A DNA stretch of 32,000 nt. It comes from Candidatus Hadarchaeota archaeon (GTDB lineage Archaea > Hadarchaeota > Hadarchaeia > Hadarchaeales > Hadarchaeaceae). Both the position numbers and the translations under genes were made by a program. The DNA lies in assembly GCA_964514965.1 (NCBI GenBank), contig CAZETV010000001.1, forward strand, positions 420,001 to 452,000. Direction: 5' to 3'. Under the pieces are notes generated by a model. It had not been told where the DNA came from. It did no database searches and saw only the letters and a program-made list of their open reading frames with translations. Shown one piece after another: positions 17,996 through 26,982 of the stretch. Position 1 is the stretch's first letter; each line of letters begins with the position of its first letter.

Positions 17996-20788
17996 TCAAC
18001 ACGCTTGTTGCGTCTCACATACTTCAAGTGCTTTTCGGAGCGCGGCGATCAAATAATCCCCTTTCGGGCCGCCTCCTTGACCGAGTCCTGGTTTTCCACC
18101 GCCACCGCCGCCCAGCACCTTCGCGGTTTCGGCAGCTATCGCGCCGCAGTCAGCCCCCGCACGCACGGCTTCTTCTCCAGCCATCACCACAATCCTAGCT
18201 GTTGCATCGCGCACGCCAAGCACAACAACCAGCCTTTTATCTACCCGCGTCAGGGCTCTCGCGATTTTGATTAACTGATCCGTACTGGCGCCCTCAATCT
18301 CCTCGCATATCGCTTGCACCCTCCCCACCTGCTTGATTTTCGACCGCAGTTCGGTGACCCGGAGCTCAGCCAGCCGACCGCGTAAACTGTCGAGCTCCTT
18401 CTGCAGTGCCTTCCACTCGTCAAAGAGCTGCTGAGCCGCTGCCGCCGTTCGCTCGGGCGTGGCACGCAGGATTTCTGCCGCTTTGGCGAGTTGCCGCTCT
18501 TGTGCTTGCACGAACTTCAGCGCGGCATCTCCAACAGCAAACTCGACCCGCTCGACACCATCTTGAATCCGTTCGGTTCGTGTAATTTTTATAAAACCAA
18601 CTTCACCCGTGCGCGAACAATGAGTTCCGGCGCAAGCTTGAGTATTCCAACCCTCAGCTTCTACCACCCTAATTTTCTTTCCCGGCACGATTCCTCCTTG
18701 GTAAAGGTCGAAACCGTACTTTCGCTCGGCCTGATTTCGATCCATCCACTCAGTGTTCACTGGGCGGTTCTCCATCACTATCTCGTTCGCCAAATGTTCG
18801 ATTTCCCGCAGCTCCTTGGGCTCAATGCGCTTGAAGTGGGAGATGTCCAATCGTGTGCGCTCGACCCCCTTCTGTACCCCGTGCTGCCAGATGTGGTCAC
18901 CAAGCACTCGTCGGGCCGCCCCAAGCAGAATGTGAGTCCCGGTGTGGTGACGCATGAGAGCGCTGCGACGAGCCCAATCAATCTGCCCATGCACAAATTG
19001 CCCCATCTTAAAAGGATTCGGCTTCACGCGGTGCAGGATTATGTCACCATATTTTTTGACATCCACAACCTCGACCCTGGTTTTCCTGGCTTCAAGCGAC
19101 CCAACATCGCTCGGCTGCCCTCCACCTTCCGGGTAAAATAAAGTTTGGTCGAGCACGACGTAATCATCTATTGTCCGCAACACTTTCGCTTTGAATTCCC
19201 GAGCGTATGGGTCTTTGTAGTAAATGGTTTTCGTCGGGGAGAGGCGGTTGAGTTTCTCCTTCGAGACAGGAGCCGCGGCTGCGGGCACACGTCTGGTTCG
19301 ACTGTGAGATTTCGCAACCTTGATGTAAAAATCATCCGGAACCTCCACCACAACATCAGCCTTACTAGCAACCTCTTTCACGATGTCAGGCGGGAGCCCG
19401 TGACTATCATAGAGTTCGATGAGTTTCCCCGATGAAATGGGTTTACCCTCCGCGCGGAGCCCTCCCGCGAGTCGCTCAACCAGCTTGCTCCCCCGCAAAA
19501 TTGCGTCCCGGTAGCGCCGTTCCTCGAGCCCGATTACATCCAAAATATAATCCTCCCGTTCTTTCAGCTCGGGGAACTGAGGCGTGAGCTGCTTGAGTTC
19601 GAGTGCTATTAGTTCCGCGAGCGGCGTTCTTAGTCCCAGCTCCCGAAGCAAACGTAGGGTGCGCCTGAGTACGACGCGCGCGAGGTATCCTTCCTTGACA
19701 TTGCTTGGGGTTATCCTATCCCCAAACATGAACGCCAGACATCTCAGGTGGTCAGCAATTGCGTAGACGGCCTCGACCGAAACCAAGAGTTTATCCAACT
19801 CTTCAACACTCACACCCGTGCGGGCTGCGACCCTTTTCCGAAGCATGAGGAGGTCTCGCCCCGTCTCGATGTCCATTAGCCCGGCGAGTTTTGAGTTTTG
19901 TTCAAGTACGTCAGCTGGAGGCATGCGAATTCCAGCCAACTTGCACAACTGTTCAATCACCGGCCCGAGGATAGCATCATAGCTCGAAGCGACGCCTTGC
20001 GAGATCCAAGCTAATCGTTCCAATCCATAACCAGTATCGACAATCTTCAGAGGGAGCGGCGCATATTTGCCGTCCTTGTTTACATATTGCATGAACACGA
20101 GCGTCGCGAGCTCCAGCCCGCGCACGTTTACTTCAAAGTCTTCTCCAGCGTTTCCTCCACCCTCCCAGAAGTCCTGGATGTAGGAGATTTCATTGGGACG
20201 AATTCCCAGCTCTTTAGTCAAGAACTCATGGCAGAGGGCAACGGTTTCATCATTCCAATAGATGCGTTGGCGGCGGGAGTTGAATGCGTGGTGACCGCCC
20301 ATGAAGAAAAGCGTGAAGTGTCGCCCCGAGCGCCCGACATTGTCGATATCCTTTAGGCGGATACTGGGCTGGCTCACAACGAGGGGGTTTGCTGGAGGTG
20401 GAACCAAGCCGCTCGTTACCCAAGGCTGAAAGTCTGCAATCGAGGCAATCGTGAGGAAGATGTCGTCGCGCCACCGGGCTACGACTGGGTAGCGCTTGAT
20501 TACCTCGTGCCCCCGGCGCCCGAAGAACTTCAAAAATGAGCGTTCAATCTCAGCGAGCGAATATTTCCGTTTTGTAGGAGGCGCGTTAATGAATTTGTAT
20601 TCGTCACAAGGTGTGTCACCGCAGGTCTTCCGCCCTGACTCAAGCGTCCAGAAAGTGCGCCCACAGCTCTGGCATTGCCTGCGCTCGAAGCCCTCCCGCT
20701 TGAAAAGGGCCACCTTGTATATATCCCTCACTCTCCCCACCAAGCAAATATCAAGGTGTAGGTTAAAAGTTTCGCCGGTCGAAGCCAC
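17996..20788 (-). CDS. alaS: Alanyl-tRNA synthetase (archaeal type)
   Basis: FTLFFMGGHHAFNSRRQRIYWNDETVALCHEFL, RHHTGTHILLGAARRVLG, TQACAGTHCSRTGEVGFIKI, GGGGGGKPGLGQGG. Confidence 0.97.
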   Translation of the reverse strand: MASTGETFNLHLDICLVGRVRDIYKVALFKREGFERRQCQSCGRTFWTLESGRKTCGDTPCDEYKFINAPPTKRKYSLAEIERSFLKFFGRRGHEVIKRYPVVARWRDDIFLTIASIADFQPWVTSGLVPPPANPLVVSQPSIRLKDIDNVGRSGRHFTLFFMGGHHAFNSRRQRIYWNDETVALCHEFLTKELGIRPNEISYIQDFWEGGGNAGEDFEVNVRGLELATLVFMQYVNKDGKYAPLPLKIVDTGYGLERLAWISQGVASSYDAILGPVIEQLCKLAGIRMPPADVLEQNSKLAGLMDIETGRDLLMLRKRVAARTGVSVEELDKLLVSVEAVYAIADHLRCLAFMFGDRITPSNVKEGYLARVVLRRTLRLLRELGLRTPLAELIALELKQLTPQFPELKEREDYILDVIGLEERRYRDAILRGSKLVERLAGGLRAEGKPISSGKLIELYDSHGLPPDIVKEVASKADVVVEVPDDFYIKVAKSHSRTRRVPAAAAPVSKEKLNRLSPTKTIYYKDPYAREFKAKVLRTIDDYVVLDQTLFYPEGGGQPSDVGSLEARKTRVEVVDVKKYGDIILHRVKPNPFKMGQFVHGQIDWARRSALMRHHTGTHILLGAARRVLGDHIWQHGVQKGVERTRLDISHFKRIEPKELREIEHLANEIVMENRPVNTEWMDRNQAERKYGFDLYQGGIVPGKKIRVVEAEGWNTQACAGTHCSRTGEVGFIKITRTERIQDGVERVEFAVGDAALKFVQAQERQLAKAAEILRATPERTAAAAQQLFDEWKALQKELDSLRGRLAELRVTELRSKIKQVGRVQAICEEIEGASTDQLIKIARALTRVDKRLVVVLGVRDATARIVVMAGEEAVRAGADCGAIAAETAKVLGGGGGGKPGLGQGGGPKGDYLIAALRKALEVCETQQAC

Positions 20789-20826
20789 ACGAGTTTATCC
20801 AAGAAAAATTAGAGGTTGGACTTGCA

Positions 20827-21126
20827 TCAACCGAACAGCGCGCCAAGTCCTGCCAAAGCTTCCTCTTCTTTTTTCTCCTCTTCAACTTTCTTCTCTTCTT
20901 TCTTTTCTTCGGCCTTTGCTGGAGCCGCCGCCGGTGCAGCTACTGCAGGAACTGCCGCACTCTTGATTGCTTCTTCGATATTCACTCCTTCAAGCGCTGA
21001 GACCAAGGCCTTTATCCTAGCCTCGTCAACCTGCACTCCCGCTGCTTTGAGGATGTTCAATAGGCTAGCCTCGTCCACCTTCTTACCAGCCGAGTGCAGC
21101 AAAAGAGCCGCATGCACGTATTCCAT
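20827..21126 (-). CDS. rpl12: Ribosomal protein P1/L12 (archaeal)
   Basis: [54 protein letters not shown]... and acidic tail ending [13 protein letters not shown]. Confidence 0.96.
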   Translation of the reverse strand: MEYVHAALLLHSAGKKVDEASLLNILKAAGVQVDEARIKALVSALEGVNIEEAIKSAAVPAVAAPAAAPAKAEEKKEEKKVEEEKKEEEALAGLGALFG

Positions 21127-21204
21127 GTTAATCCCTTTCGTTCTTGTGAATACTCCAATATAAATCTTAAAGTGTGGGAATTACTCGCCCATACAGTGAC
21201 TAAG

Positions 21205-22173
21205 TTAGTCTTTTTTATCCATAGATTTGGGCTTCTCCTCGGACTTTGCCTCTGGCGCCGGCGAGATTCCAAGCATGCCCTTAAGTTCCTCGTCGAGCGC
21301 TTTTTCATCTTTAGAGTGAACGGATGCGGCTAGACCAAGCATTTCAGAATAAGCGCTATTCAACAGTGACGGCATGACTTCCGAGATGGGCAAACACGCA
21401 TTCAGCGCCAAGTTGCGTGCAGCAACGCCAGCTTTCGAGATCATTATTCCAATTGTAACACTTGTTGGATAGTCCACGTTTATTGCGAGATTCACTGCAC
21501 TGACGCAAGCGAGCTGGAGTTGTCCGACGGCTTTTGCCTCGTCGAACTCGAGCACTTCGCCCGAAAATATCATGCCTGCCTCGTATACGGCTCGGAGCTT
21601 CAACCCAAGCTCAAGCGGATGGATGCCGAACTTCGTAAGCGCATCGGCGACCCCTTTAGATATCACATCCCCCTCCTTCAAAAGTTGGCAATCCTCGAGG
21701 ATTACGATCTTTCCTGCTTGGATTCTAGCCTCGATGCCCACACGCTGGAGTTCCCCGACTACGGGCCCTGGGGCGAAACCAGTTTCTCCAGCAGGGATTA
21801 CGATATCCTTTGGTGACTTCGACCCAGGCTTCGCGGGGGCACTGGTCTTGCTTTCACGAAGAACCTTGCTAAGCTTGAACGGGCCCACGCGCGCAAGGAT
21901 AAGCGCTGTTGGTCCCCGCAAGTGATTGATGAGCTCTTGGAGTTTGGGGTCTTTTCGCTCAGCCACCCGATCGAGCGAGAGCTTCAACAAAGTGTTTTTG
22001 GAGACGATAATCTCGGCTTGTTCCCTCAACTTCTGGCGCATTTGCTGGAACTGCGAGGCTGGAAGATCCGCGATGTCGAGTATCCCAACCACCGGGTAGC
22101 GCTCTAGCTTCTCGACGAGTTCGCCGACGACTTCCTGCTTCCAAGGCGCAATTTTTTCAGTTTTCACCACCAT
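21205..22173 (-). CDS. rpl10: Ribosomal protein P0/L10 (archaeal)
   Basis: GILDIADLPASQFQQMRQKLREQAEIIVSKNTLLKLSL..., PGPVVGELQRVGIEARIQAGKIVI. Confidence 0.96.
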   Translation of the reverse strand: MVVKTEKIAPWKQEVVGELVEKLERYPVVGILDIADLPASQFQQMRQKLREQAEIIVSKNTLLKLSLDRVAERKDPKLQELINHLRGPTALILARVGPFKLSKVLRESKTSAPAKPGSKSPKDIVIPAGETGFAPGPVVGELQRVGIEARIQAGKIVILEDCQLLKEGDVISKGVADALTKFGIHPLELGLKLRAVYEAGMIFSGEVLEFDEAKAVGQLQLACVSAVNLAINVDYPTSVTIGIMISKAGVAARNLALNACLPISEVMPSLLNSAYSEMLGLAASVHSKDEKALDEELKGMLGISPAPEAKSEEKPKSMDKKD

Positions 22174-22176
22174 TCA

Positions 22177-22824
22177 TCACACCTCAACCCTAACTGGTTT
22201 CCCCATTGTTGTCTTGAGATGGATCGAGCGCACCTTGCTGAGGCCCTCCAACTTGTGTTCGACTGCGTCAAGCACCGTCCGCGCATTCGCCACGAGTTCT
22301 TCATCGCTCATGTTTTCAACACCGATGTGGGCATGCAAGGTCGGCTGGTTCTTAGTTCGCACCTTCAGGGTTTTCTTGAGACGATCAATAAGTGGCTTCG
22401 GGTCGACCGTTGATGGAACCGGTTTAGGCATTTTCCCCCTCGGCCCCAATATAGGTCCGAGAGATTTTCCTATTATGACCATAAAATCAGCCTGAGCTAG
22501 GAAAAAATGAAATTCATCGGCTAGCTTTTTCATCTGCTTTCGATCCTGCTTGATAGTTTCGATGTCCGCGCGTCCAAGCACAAGGTCTGCGCCAGCATCA
22601 CGCGCCTTACTTATAAATTCCCCCTCCCCGAAGACGCCCACCTTGTATGGCTTGCCGACTTCGTGGGGAAGGACAATGTCTAGGTCAATACGCCCCTCCG
22701 GCTTCTTAGGATCGATATCTCTCAAATTAATCGATAGGTCGATACCCTGCACAAATTTTCGCTGACTGCTGTTTTCCCGTATCAGCTTAACTGCCTTGAG
22801 CAAGTTTTCATCTGAAACTGGCAT
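22177..22824 (-). CDS. rpl1: Ribosomal protein L1
   Basis: SQRKFVQGIDLSINLRDIDPKKPEGRIDLDIVLPH..., LGPILGPRGKMPKPVP. Confidence 0.96.
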   Translation of the reverse strand: MPVSDENLLKAVKLIRENSSQRKFVQGIDLSINLRDIDPKKPEGRIDLDIVLPHEVGKPYKVGVFGEGEFISKARDAGADLVLGRADIETIKQDRKQMKKLADEFHFFLAQADFMVIIGKSLGPILGPRGKMPKPVPSTVDPKPLIDRLKKTLKVRTKNQPTLHAHIGVENMSDEELVANARTVLDAVEHKLEGLSKVRSIHLKTTMGKPVRVEV

Positions 22825-23303
22825 TATTTCAGCACCTCTTCGTATTTTCCTTCGTCCATCTCGCGTTGCACCTCGCGAGCATCTTTGCCTTCAACTGTAA
22901 CACCCGCACTCACACACGTCCCGAGAACTTCTTTGACTGCAGCTTTCAATCCTTTTGCTAGCGTGCCTTTAAGTTTCAGCTTCGCGATTTCGACCGCTTG
23001 AGTGAGGGCGAGATTTCCGACGACTTCCGTGCCAGAAGTTTTAGCTCCTTTCTCTAGACCTAATTTCTTTTTAATCAGCGCGGCGATAGGTGGCGAGCCG
23101 ACTTCGATTTCAAATTGTTTTGTCTTCTTGTCTACGACCACAGTCACAGGAACCTTCATGCCCTCGAAAGTTGAAGTCTTTTCATTTATCTTCGCTACCA
23201 CCTGACCGATGTTGATGCCGAGCGGACCTAAGGCTGGACCTAAGGGTGGACCAGCGCTGGCTTTTCCCCCATCGACTAACACCTTGACTCTCGATTCCAT
23301 CAC
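22824..23303 (-). CDS. rpl11: Ribosomal protein L11
   Basis: VKVLVDGGKASAGPPLGPALGPLGINIGQVVAKINEKT. Confidence 0.96.
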   Translation of the reverse strand: MMESRVKVLVDGGKASAGPPLGPALGPLGINIGQVVAKINEKTSTFEGMKVPVTVVVDKKTKQFEIEVGSPPIAALIKKKLGLEKGAKTSGTEVVGNLALTQAVEIAKLKLKGTLAKGLKAAVKEVLGTCVSAGVTVEGKDAREVQREMDEGKYEEVLK

Positions 23304-23381
23304 AATCGCCTCACTTAAACGATATGTGCAATACCCTCAAAAGTAGGCTCCGCACGTTAAAAAAAGCTGTGGTGCAGCTTA

Positions 23382-23672
23382 CTACTCGACGATTTCAAGT
23401 TTACCGTACATGCCCGCGCTGACATGGACCTCATCGCGGAAGAGCCTTGAATAGCCGTTGCGGATTCGAACCTTAGAACCTACTTTGACAAGTTCGGTAT
23501 CTTTGTTCCAAAGCGAGATTTTTATTCGCCCAGAGTCGTCCTCTCCGATTGCGGTGGTCACCTTACCTTCGCGTCCAGCTCGGCTGAGATACGGGCGCGG
23601 CTCTTCTATCTCCACGATTTTCAAATCCAGATCGATGCGTCGCATTCCCGGCTTTACATCGCTTGCCTTCAT
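23382..23672 (-). CDS. OB-fold nucleic-acid-binding protein (RPA/SOSS-B-like)
   Basis: RIDLDLKIVEIEEPRPYLSRAGREGKVTTAIGEDDSGRIKISLWNKDTELVKVGSKVRIRNGYSRLFRDEVHVSAGMYGKLEIVE: OB-fold ssDNA-binding pattern. Confidence 0.85.
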   Translation of the reverse strand: MKASDVKPGMRRIDLDLKIVEIEEPRPYLSRAGREGKVTTAIGEDDSGRIKISLWNKDTELVKVGSKVRIRNGYSRLFRDEVHVSAGMYGKLEIVE

Positions 23673-24148
23673 TTAGATTCCTCCCCTTTCTCCTTTTTCT
23701 GGATTACTTTCACAAAGTCACTTCGAACTGTGACAGGAATTGGGACGGTTGCCTCGAAAAGCTCGACAGTTATCTCCTCCCTCCCCTCGTCAACCCTGAT
23801 TATTCGTGCTCGCTCTCCTCTGAAAGGACCGGAGGTGTGCTCGACGATGTCCCCGACTTCCATACCCATGACGGTCGGCTTCGGCTCGAGAAAACTTTCA
23901 ATCTCGCCCATAGGGATTCCCCCTGGGATGACGCCCTTCGCGTGCTTGATACCGACCCGAGCCTGATCTACAGCAGATTTGCCGGCGGCCTCGACAAACA
24001 CGTAGCCCCTTATTCCTGGGAGCGAGAGCACGACCTTAATTGGCAAGTTGAAATTTTTCGCACGCGTCACGATCATATCCGCTGTGTTCTTCTCCTGACC
24101 TATAGTCGATCGGATTGCGAATACGTCTGGCTTCTGGATTTCCTCCAT
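23669..24148 (-). CDS. spt5: Transcription elongation factor Spt5 (NusG N-terminal and KOW domains)
   Basis: FAIRSTIGQEKNTADMIVTRAKN..., GYVFVEAAGKSAVDQARVGIKHAKGVIPG, GDIVEHTSGPFRGERARIIRVDEGREEITVEL. Confidence 0.94.
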   Translation of the reverse strand: MEEIQKPDVFAIRSTIGQEKNTADMIVTRAKNFNLPIKVVLSLPGIRGYVFVEAAGKSAVDQARVGIKHAKGVIPGGIPMGEIESFLEPKPTVMGMEVGDIVEHTSGPFRGERARIIRVDEGREEITVELFEATVPIPVTVRSDFVKVIQKKEKGEESK

Positions 24149-24157
24149 TTGATCACC

Positions 24158-24331
24158 TTACGCTGCTGGTGTCGCGCCGAAAAAAACTCCGACGAGCATT
24201 ATCAAAAACCCCACGAAACCTATGAGCATGATCCCTAACCCAGTGATTTTCGCTACTTGCAAGTATTCGTTTTTGTCTGGCTTCCGCGCTATCCGCAGCA
24301 CGCGTTTACAGTTAGATAAAAATTTTCGCAT
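24158..24331 (-). CDS. secE: Preprotein translocase subunit SecE (Sec61 gamma)
   Basis: Not in the ORF track (57 aa). Manual translation: MRKFLSNCKRVLRIARKPDKNEYLQVAKITGLGIMLIGFVGFLIMLVGVFFGATPAA. Basic N-terminus, single TM and position next to spt5. Confidence 0.93.
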   Translation of the reverse strand: MRKFLSNCKRVLRIARKPDKNEYLQVAKITGLGIMLIGFVGFLIMLVGVFFGATPAA

Positions 24332-25468
24332 CTACAAGGACTCCAGCCCGAGGTCGATGGGCTCGCCCTCTCGTGGGGGCTGCTCACCTGGACCAAGTAC
24401 GTACGGTGAGTGGACCCCAGAGAGTACAACCATGACCCGCACCGAGTTTTTCATGTCTTCAGAGATTTGCGCGCCCCAGATGACTTGGGCTTCGGGGTCA
24501 AGGGATTCGGAAATGTAAGAGACTATTCGCTCTGCTTCCTCAAGCGTCATGTCTGGGCTCCCAACTACGTTCACAAGCACTCCTCTTGCCCCAGTTATAT
24601 CTACATCTAGAAGCGGGCTGTTCAACGCTTCTTCGACAGCCTCCTTAGCGCGGTTTTCTGTGTCCGATTCACCTATGCCTAGCATCGCCACTCCGCCGTC
24701 CTGCAAAACAGTGCGTACATCAGCAAAATCAAGGTTGATGAGCCCGGGCTTCGTGATCATCTCAGTTATTCCCTTTATCGCGTCCATCAGGAGTTGATCA
24801 GCTACCTTAAATGCCGCCCCAATAGCAATATCTGGCGCAAGCTGGAGCAACTTGTCGTTAGGGATCACAACCACAGTGTCTACGACTTCACGAAGGCGCA
24901 TGAGCCCCTGCTCGGCGTTCACTCTCCTGCGCGTTCCCTCAACGGAAAAGGGCAGGGTCACAACGCCCACAGTTAGCGCCCCGAGTTTTTTTGCAATCTC
25001 GCCCACAACGGGTACCGAACCGGTTCCAGTCCCTCCACCTAAGCCGCAGGTCACGAATACCATATCGGCTCCATAGATGTGATCCTTCAGAATTGTTTCG
25101 TCCTCCCTCGCGGCAGCTTCTCCTTTCTTCGGATCATTACCCGCGCCGAGACCGCTCGTTATTTCGCGCCCTATGAGAATTTTTCGATCGGCGGCTGTGT
25201 AGAGCAAATCTTGAGCATCGGTGTTGAGGGCTATCGTGTCGACGCCTTCGATACCAATTCCCATCATACGGGAGAGAGTGTTACAGCCTGCACCACCACA
25301 GCCAACAACGACAATACGGGCTCGTGCCTCCTGCAAAGCCCGTTCGAGTTCCTCGTTAGTAACCGTGGGAACTGCCTTGGACACTTTAGCTCTAGCAACA
25401 GAAATCCCCGGCTTCGAAAGTTCAAATCCTGTTTCTGGAGAGAACACAGCCGATTCAGTCTTCTGCAA
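24332..25468 (-). CDS. ftsZ: Cell division protein FtsZ
   Basis: IVVVGCGGAGCNTLSRMM, MVFVTCGLGGGTGTGSVPVVGEIAKKLGALTVGVVTLPF (tubulin signature). Confidence 0.97.
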   Translation of the reverse strand: MQKTESAVFSPETGFELSKPGISVARAKVSKAVPTVTNEELERALQEARARIVVVGCGGAGCNTLSRMMGIGIEGVDTIALNTDAQDLLYTAADRKILIGREITSGLGAGNDPKKGEAAAREDETILKDHIYGADMVFVTCGLGGGTGTGSVPVVGEIAKKLGALTVGVVTLPFSVEGTRRRVNAEQGLMRLREVVDTVVVIPNDKLLQLAPDIAIGAAFKVADQLLMDAIKGITEMITKPGLINLDFADVRTVLQDGGVAMLGIGESDTENRAKEAVEEALNSPLLDVDITGARGVLVNVVGSPDMTLEEAERIVSYISESLDPEAQVIWGAQISEDMKNSVRVMVVLSGVHSPYVLGPGEQPPREGEPIDLGLESL

Positions 25469-25516
25469 TTTAAATCCCCCTTGTTACCTGCGTTGGCAAA
25501 TTTCTCCCAAGTTAAT

Positions 25517-26308
25517 TTAAACCTTTTCCCAACTGAGGATTTCCCGCGTGCGTATCGATTGAATGCCCCGCCTTTCAGCAGCCCGCCTGGAGATCTGACG
25601 TTGCTCACTGCTCATGCCCTTCCAGTCAAGTGCTAACAGTTCTACACCTCCTCGAGTACGAACGATTGCTCGCTCAATCAGGTTTTCATCAATGCTCGCG
25701 TACTTTGGGAGAATGTGGCCCACCCCAATTTCGGTGCGCAAGGTCACATTAGTGTGGTGTGGGGCATAGTGAGGTCCGCCGAGCCCTATAGCATGACGAC
25801 ATTTTATCAGTGAAGTCGCTGCAACCATGATTGCTCGGGCAACAGCCCCACCCGCTTTTTTATCGTGCCACTGCTCGGATGAGCTGCCGATCTCCACGAA
25901 CGTCACCGGAACATCGATCCTAGTCGGACCGTGGTGGGTGGCCTCGAGAGAGACACCGTATTTCAATCCAAACTTATCGCGCATTTCCACAAGAGTCCTG
26001 AGTGCGTTTTTTACCGTTGAGGGGGAGGCTTCTGCGAGTCTCATCTTTTCAATCTCACCCGGCACATGCACGGTAAGAGTTGGGATACCTGACTCGCTCA
26101 CATGTCGGGAAGCAACGATGACTTCTTCCGCCCCCATAGGCAGCTCGGTGATTTGGGTCACCTCACCGGGGATTGTAATTAGTGTAACATTTCCGTGCAC
26201 ATATGCGTTCGTCAAACTCGGTGATTTCTTAAAGTCGTAACCTTTCAGCATCTGCATGGCGATATTTTTGGCGGCCGGGTCTTCGGTAGAGGCGAGGACG
26301 AACTTCAT
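25517..26308 (-). CDS. dtdA: D-aminoacyl-tRNA deacylase (archaeal DtdA type)
   Basis: SRHVSESGIPTLTVHVPGE, GLKYGVSLEATHHGPTRIDVPVTFVEIGSSSEQW, GLGGPHYAPHHTNVTL. Confidence 0.93.
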   Translation of the reverse strand: MKFVLASTEDPAAKNIAMQMLKGYDFKKSPSLTNAYVHGNVTLITIPGEVTQITELPMGAEEVIVASRHVSESGIPTLTVHVPGEIEKMRLAEASPSTVKNALRTLVEMRDKFGLKYGVSLEATHHGPTRIDVPVTFVEIGSSSEQWHDKKAGGAVARAIMVAATSLIKCRHAIGLGGPHYAPHHTNVTLRTEIGVGHILPKYASIDENLIERAIVRTRGGVELLALDWKGMSSEQRQISRRAAERRGIQSIRTREILSWEKV

Positions 26309-26374
26309 AGGATTACCTAGATTTCACAGCTTGACCTTGTTGAACGATACTTGTGCTGATAGCAAAAAAGGTGG

Positions 26375-26447
26375 TGGGCCCGCCGAGATTCGAACTCGGG
26401 AACTTCGCCATGTCAAGGCGACGTCATAACCACTAGACCACGGGCCC
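26375..26447 (-). tRNA. tRNA-Val (anticodon GAC), with CCA encoded at 26372-26374
   Basis: Reverse strand GGGCCCGTGGTCTAGTGGTTATGACGTCGCCTTGACATGGCGAAGTTCCCGAGTTCGAATCTCGGCGGGCCCA folds as a cloverleaf: acceptor GGGCCCG/CGGGCCC, anticodon stem CGCC/GGCG, loop TTGACAT, T-arm CCGAGTTCGAATCTCGG. Confidence 0.95.
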
Positions 26448-26982
26448 CAAAATGAATTTGAGTTGAGTTAGTATAAATCCTCCACAGTTCAAAAGTGGTG
26501 GACCGGGATAGGTTATCACTCGTGTTTATATCTATCGCTTTTCCATTGCAATTTTCGAGCAAGAATTGAGCAGGTTTTTTGCTTGAAATCCGAGAACCAT
26601 TGTAGCATCACCATGCTCTGTCTCAACATCATTTAAAAAAAGGAATAGGTAGGAAAGTTATACGTGAAAGTGTAAGAAAAGTTATTCTAGATTTTGAAAG
26701 AAAATCAATTTCCGTATCGGAACTAACGAAGAAATTTATCTTTAATGTTGCAAGAAGAAAATTTTCAGAAGTTAATGTTGAGGAGATCCAGAAATTTTTG
26801 TCTCAGAAAATAAGCGAACTCAACCAATCAATGAAAAATTTCGAAGAAATGCCGAAGAAAGTTGATGGTAAACAAACTCGCGATAGACCTCTATAAAGAC
26901 GAGAGAGCCGTTCTTAGACTTTTGGCAACCTCTTTTCCGTTAAATTCATAACACGATAACACGCAAAGTTGTAAAGAAAAGC

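Noticed and set aside
23663-24238. 191-aa plus-strand ORF
   Set aside because: Antisense to spt5 and part of secE, both well supported.
26495-26507. Possible separate tRNA gene
   Set aside because: Only a 13-nt acceptor/CCA match is present with no T-arm or other arms next to it, so it is treated as a possible repeat or remnant only.
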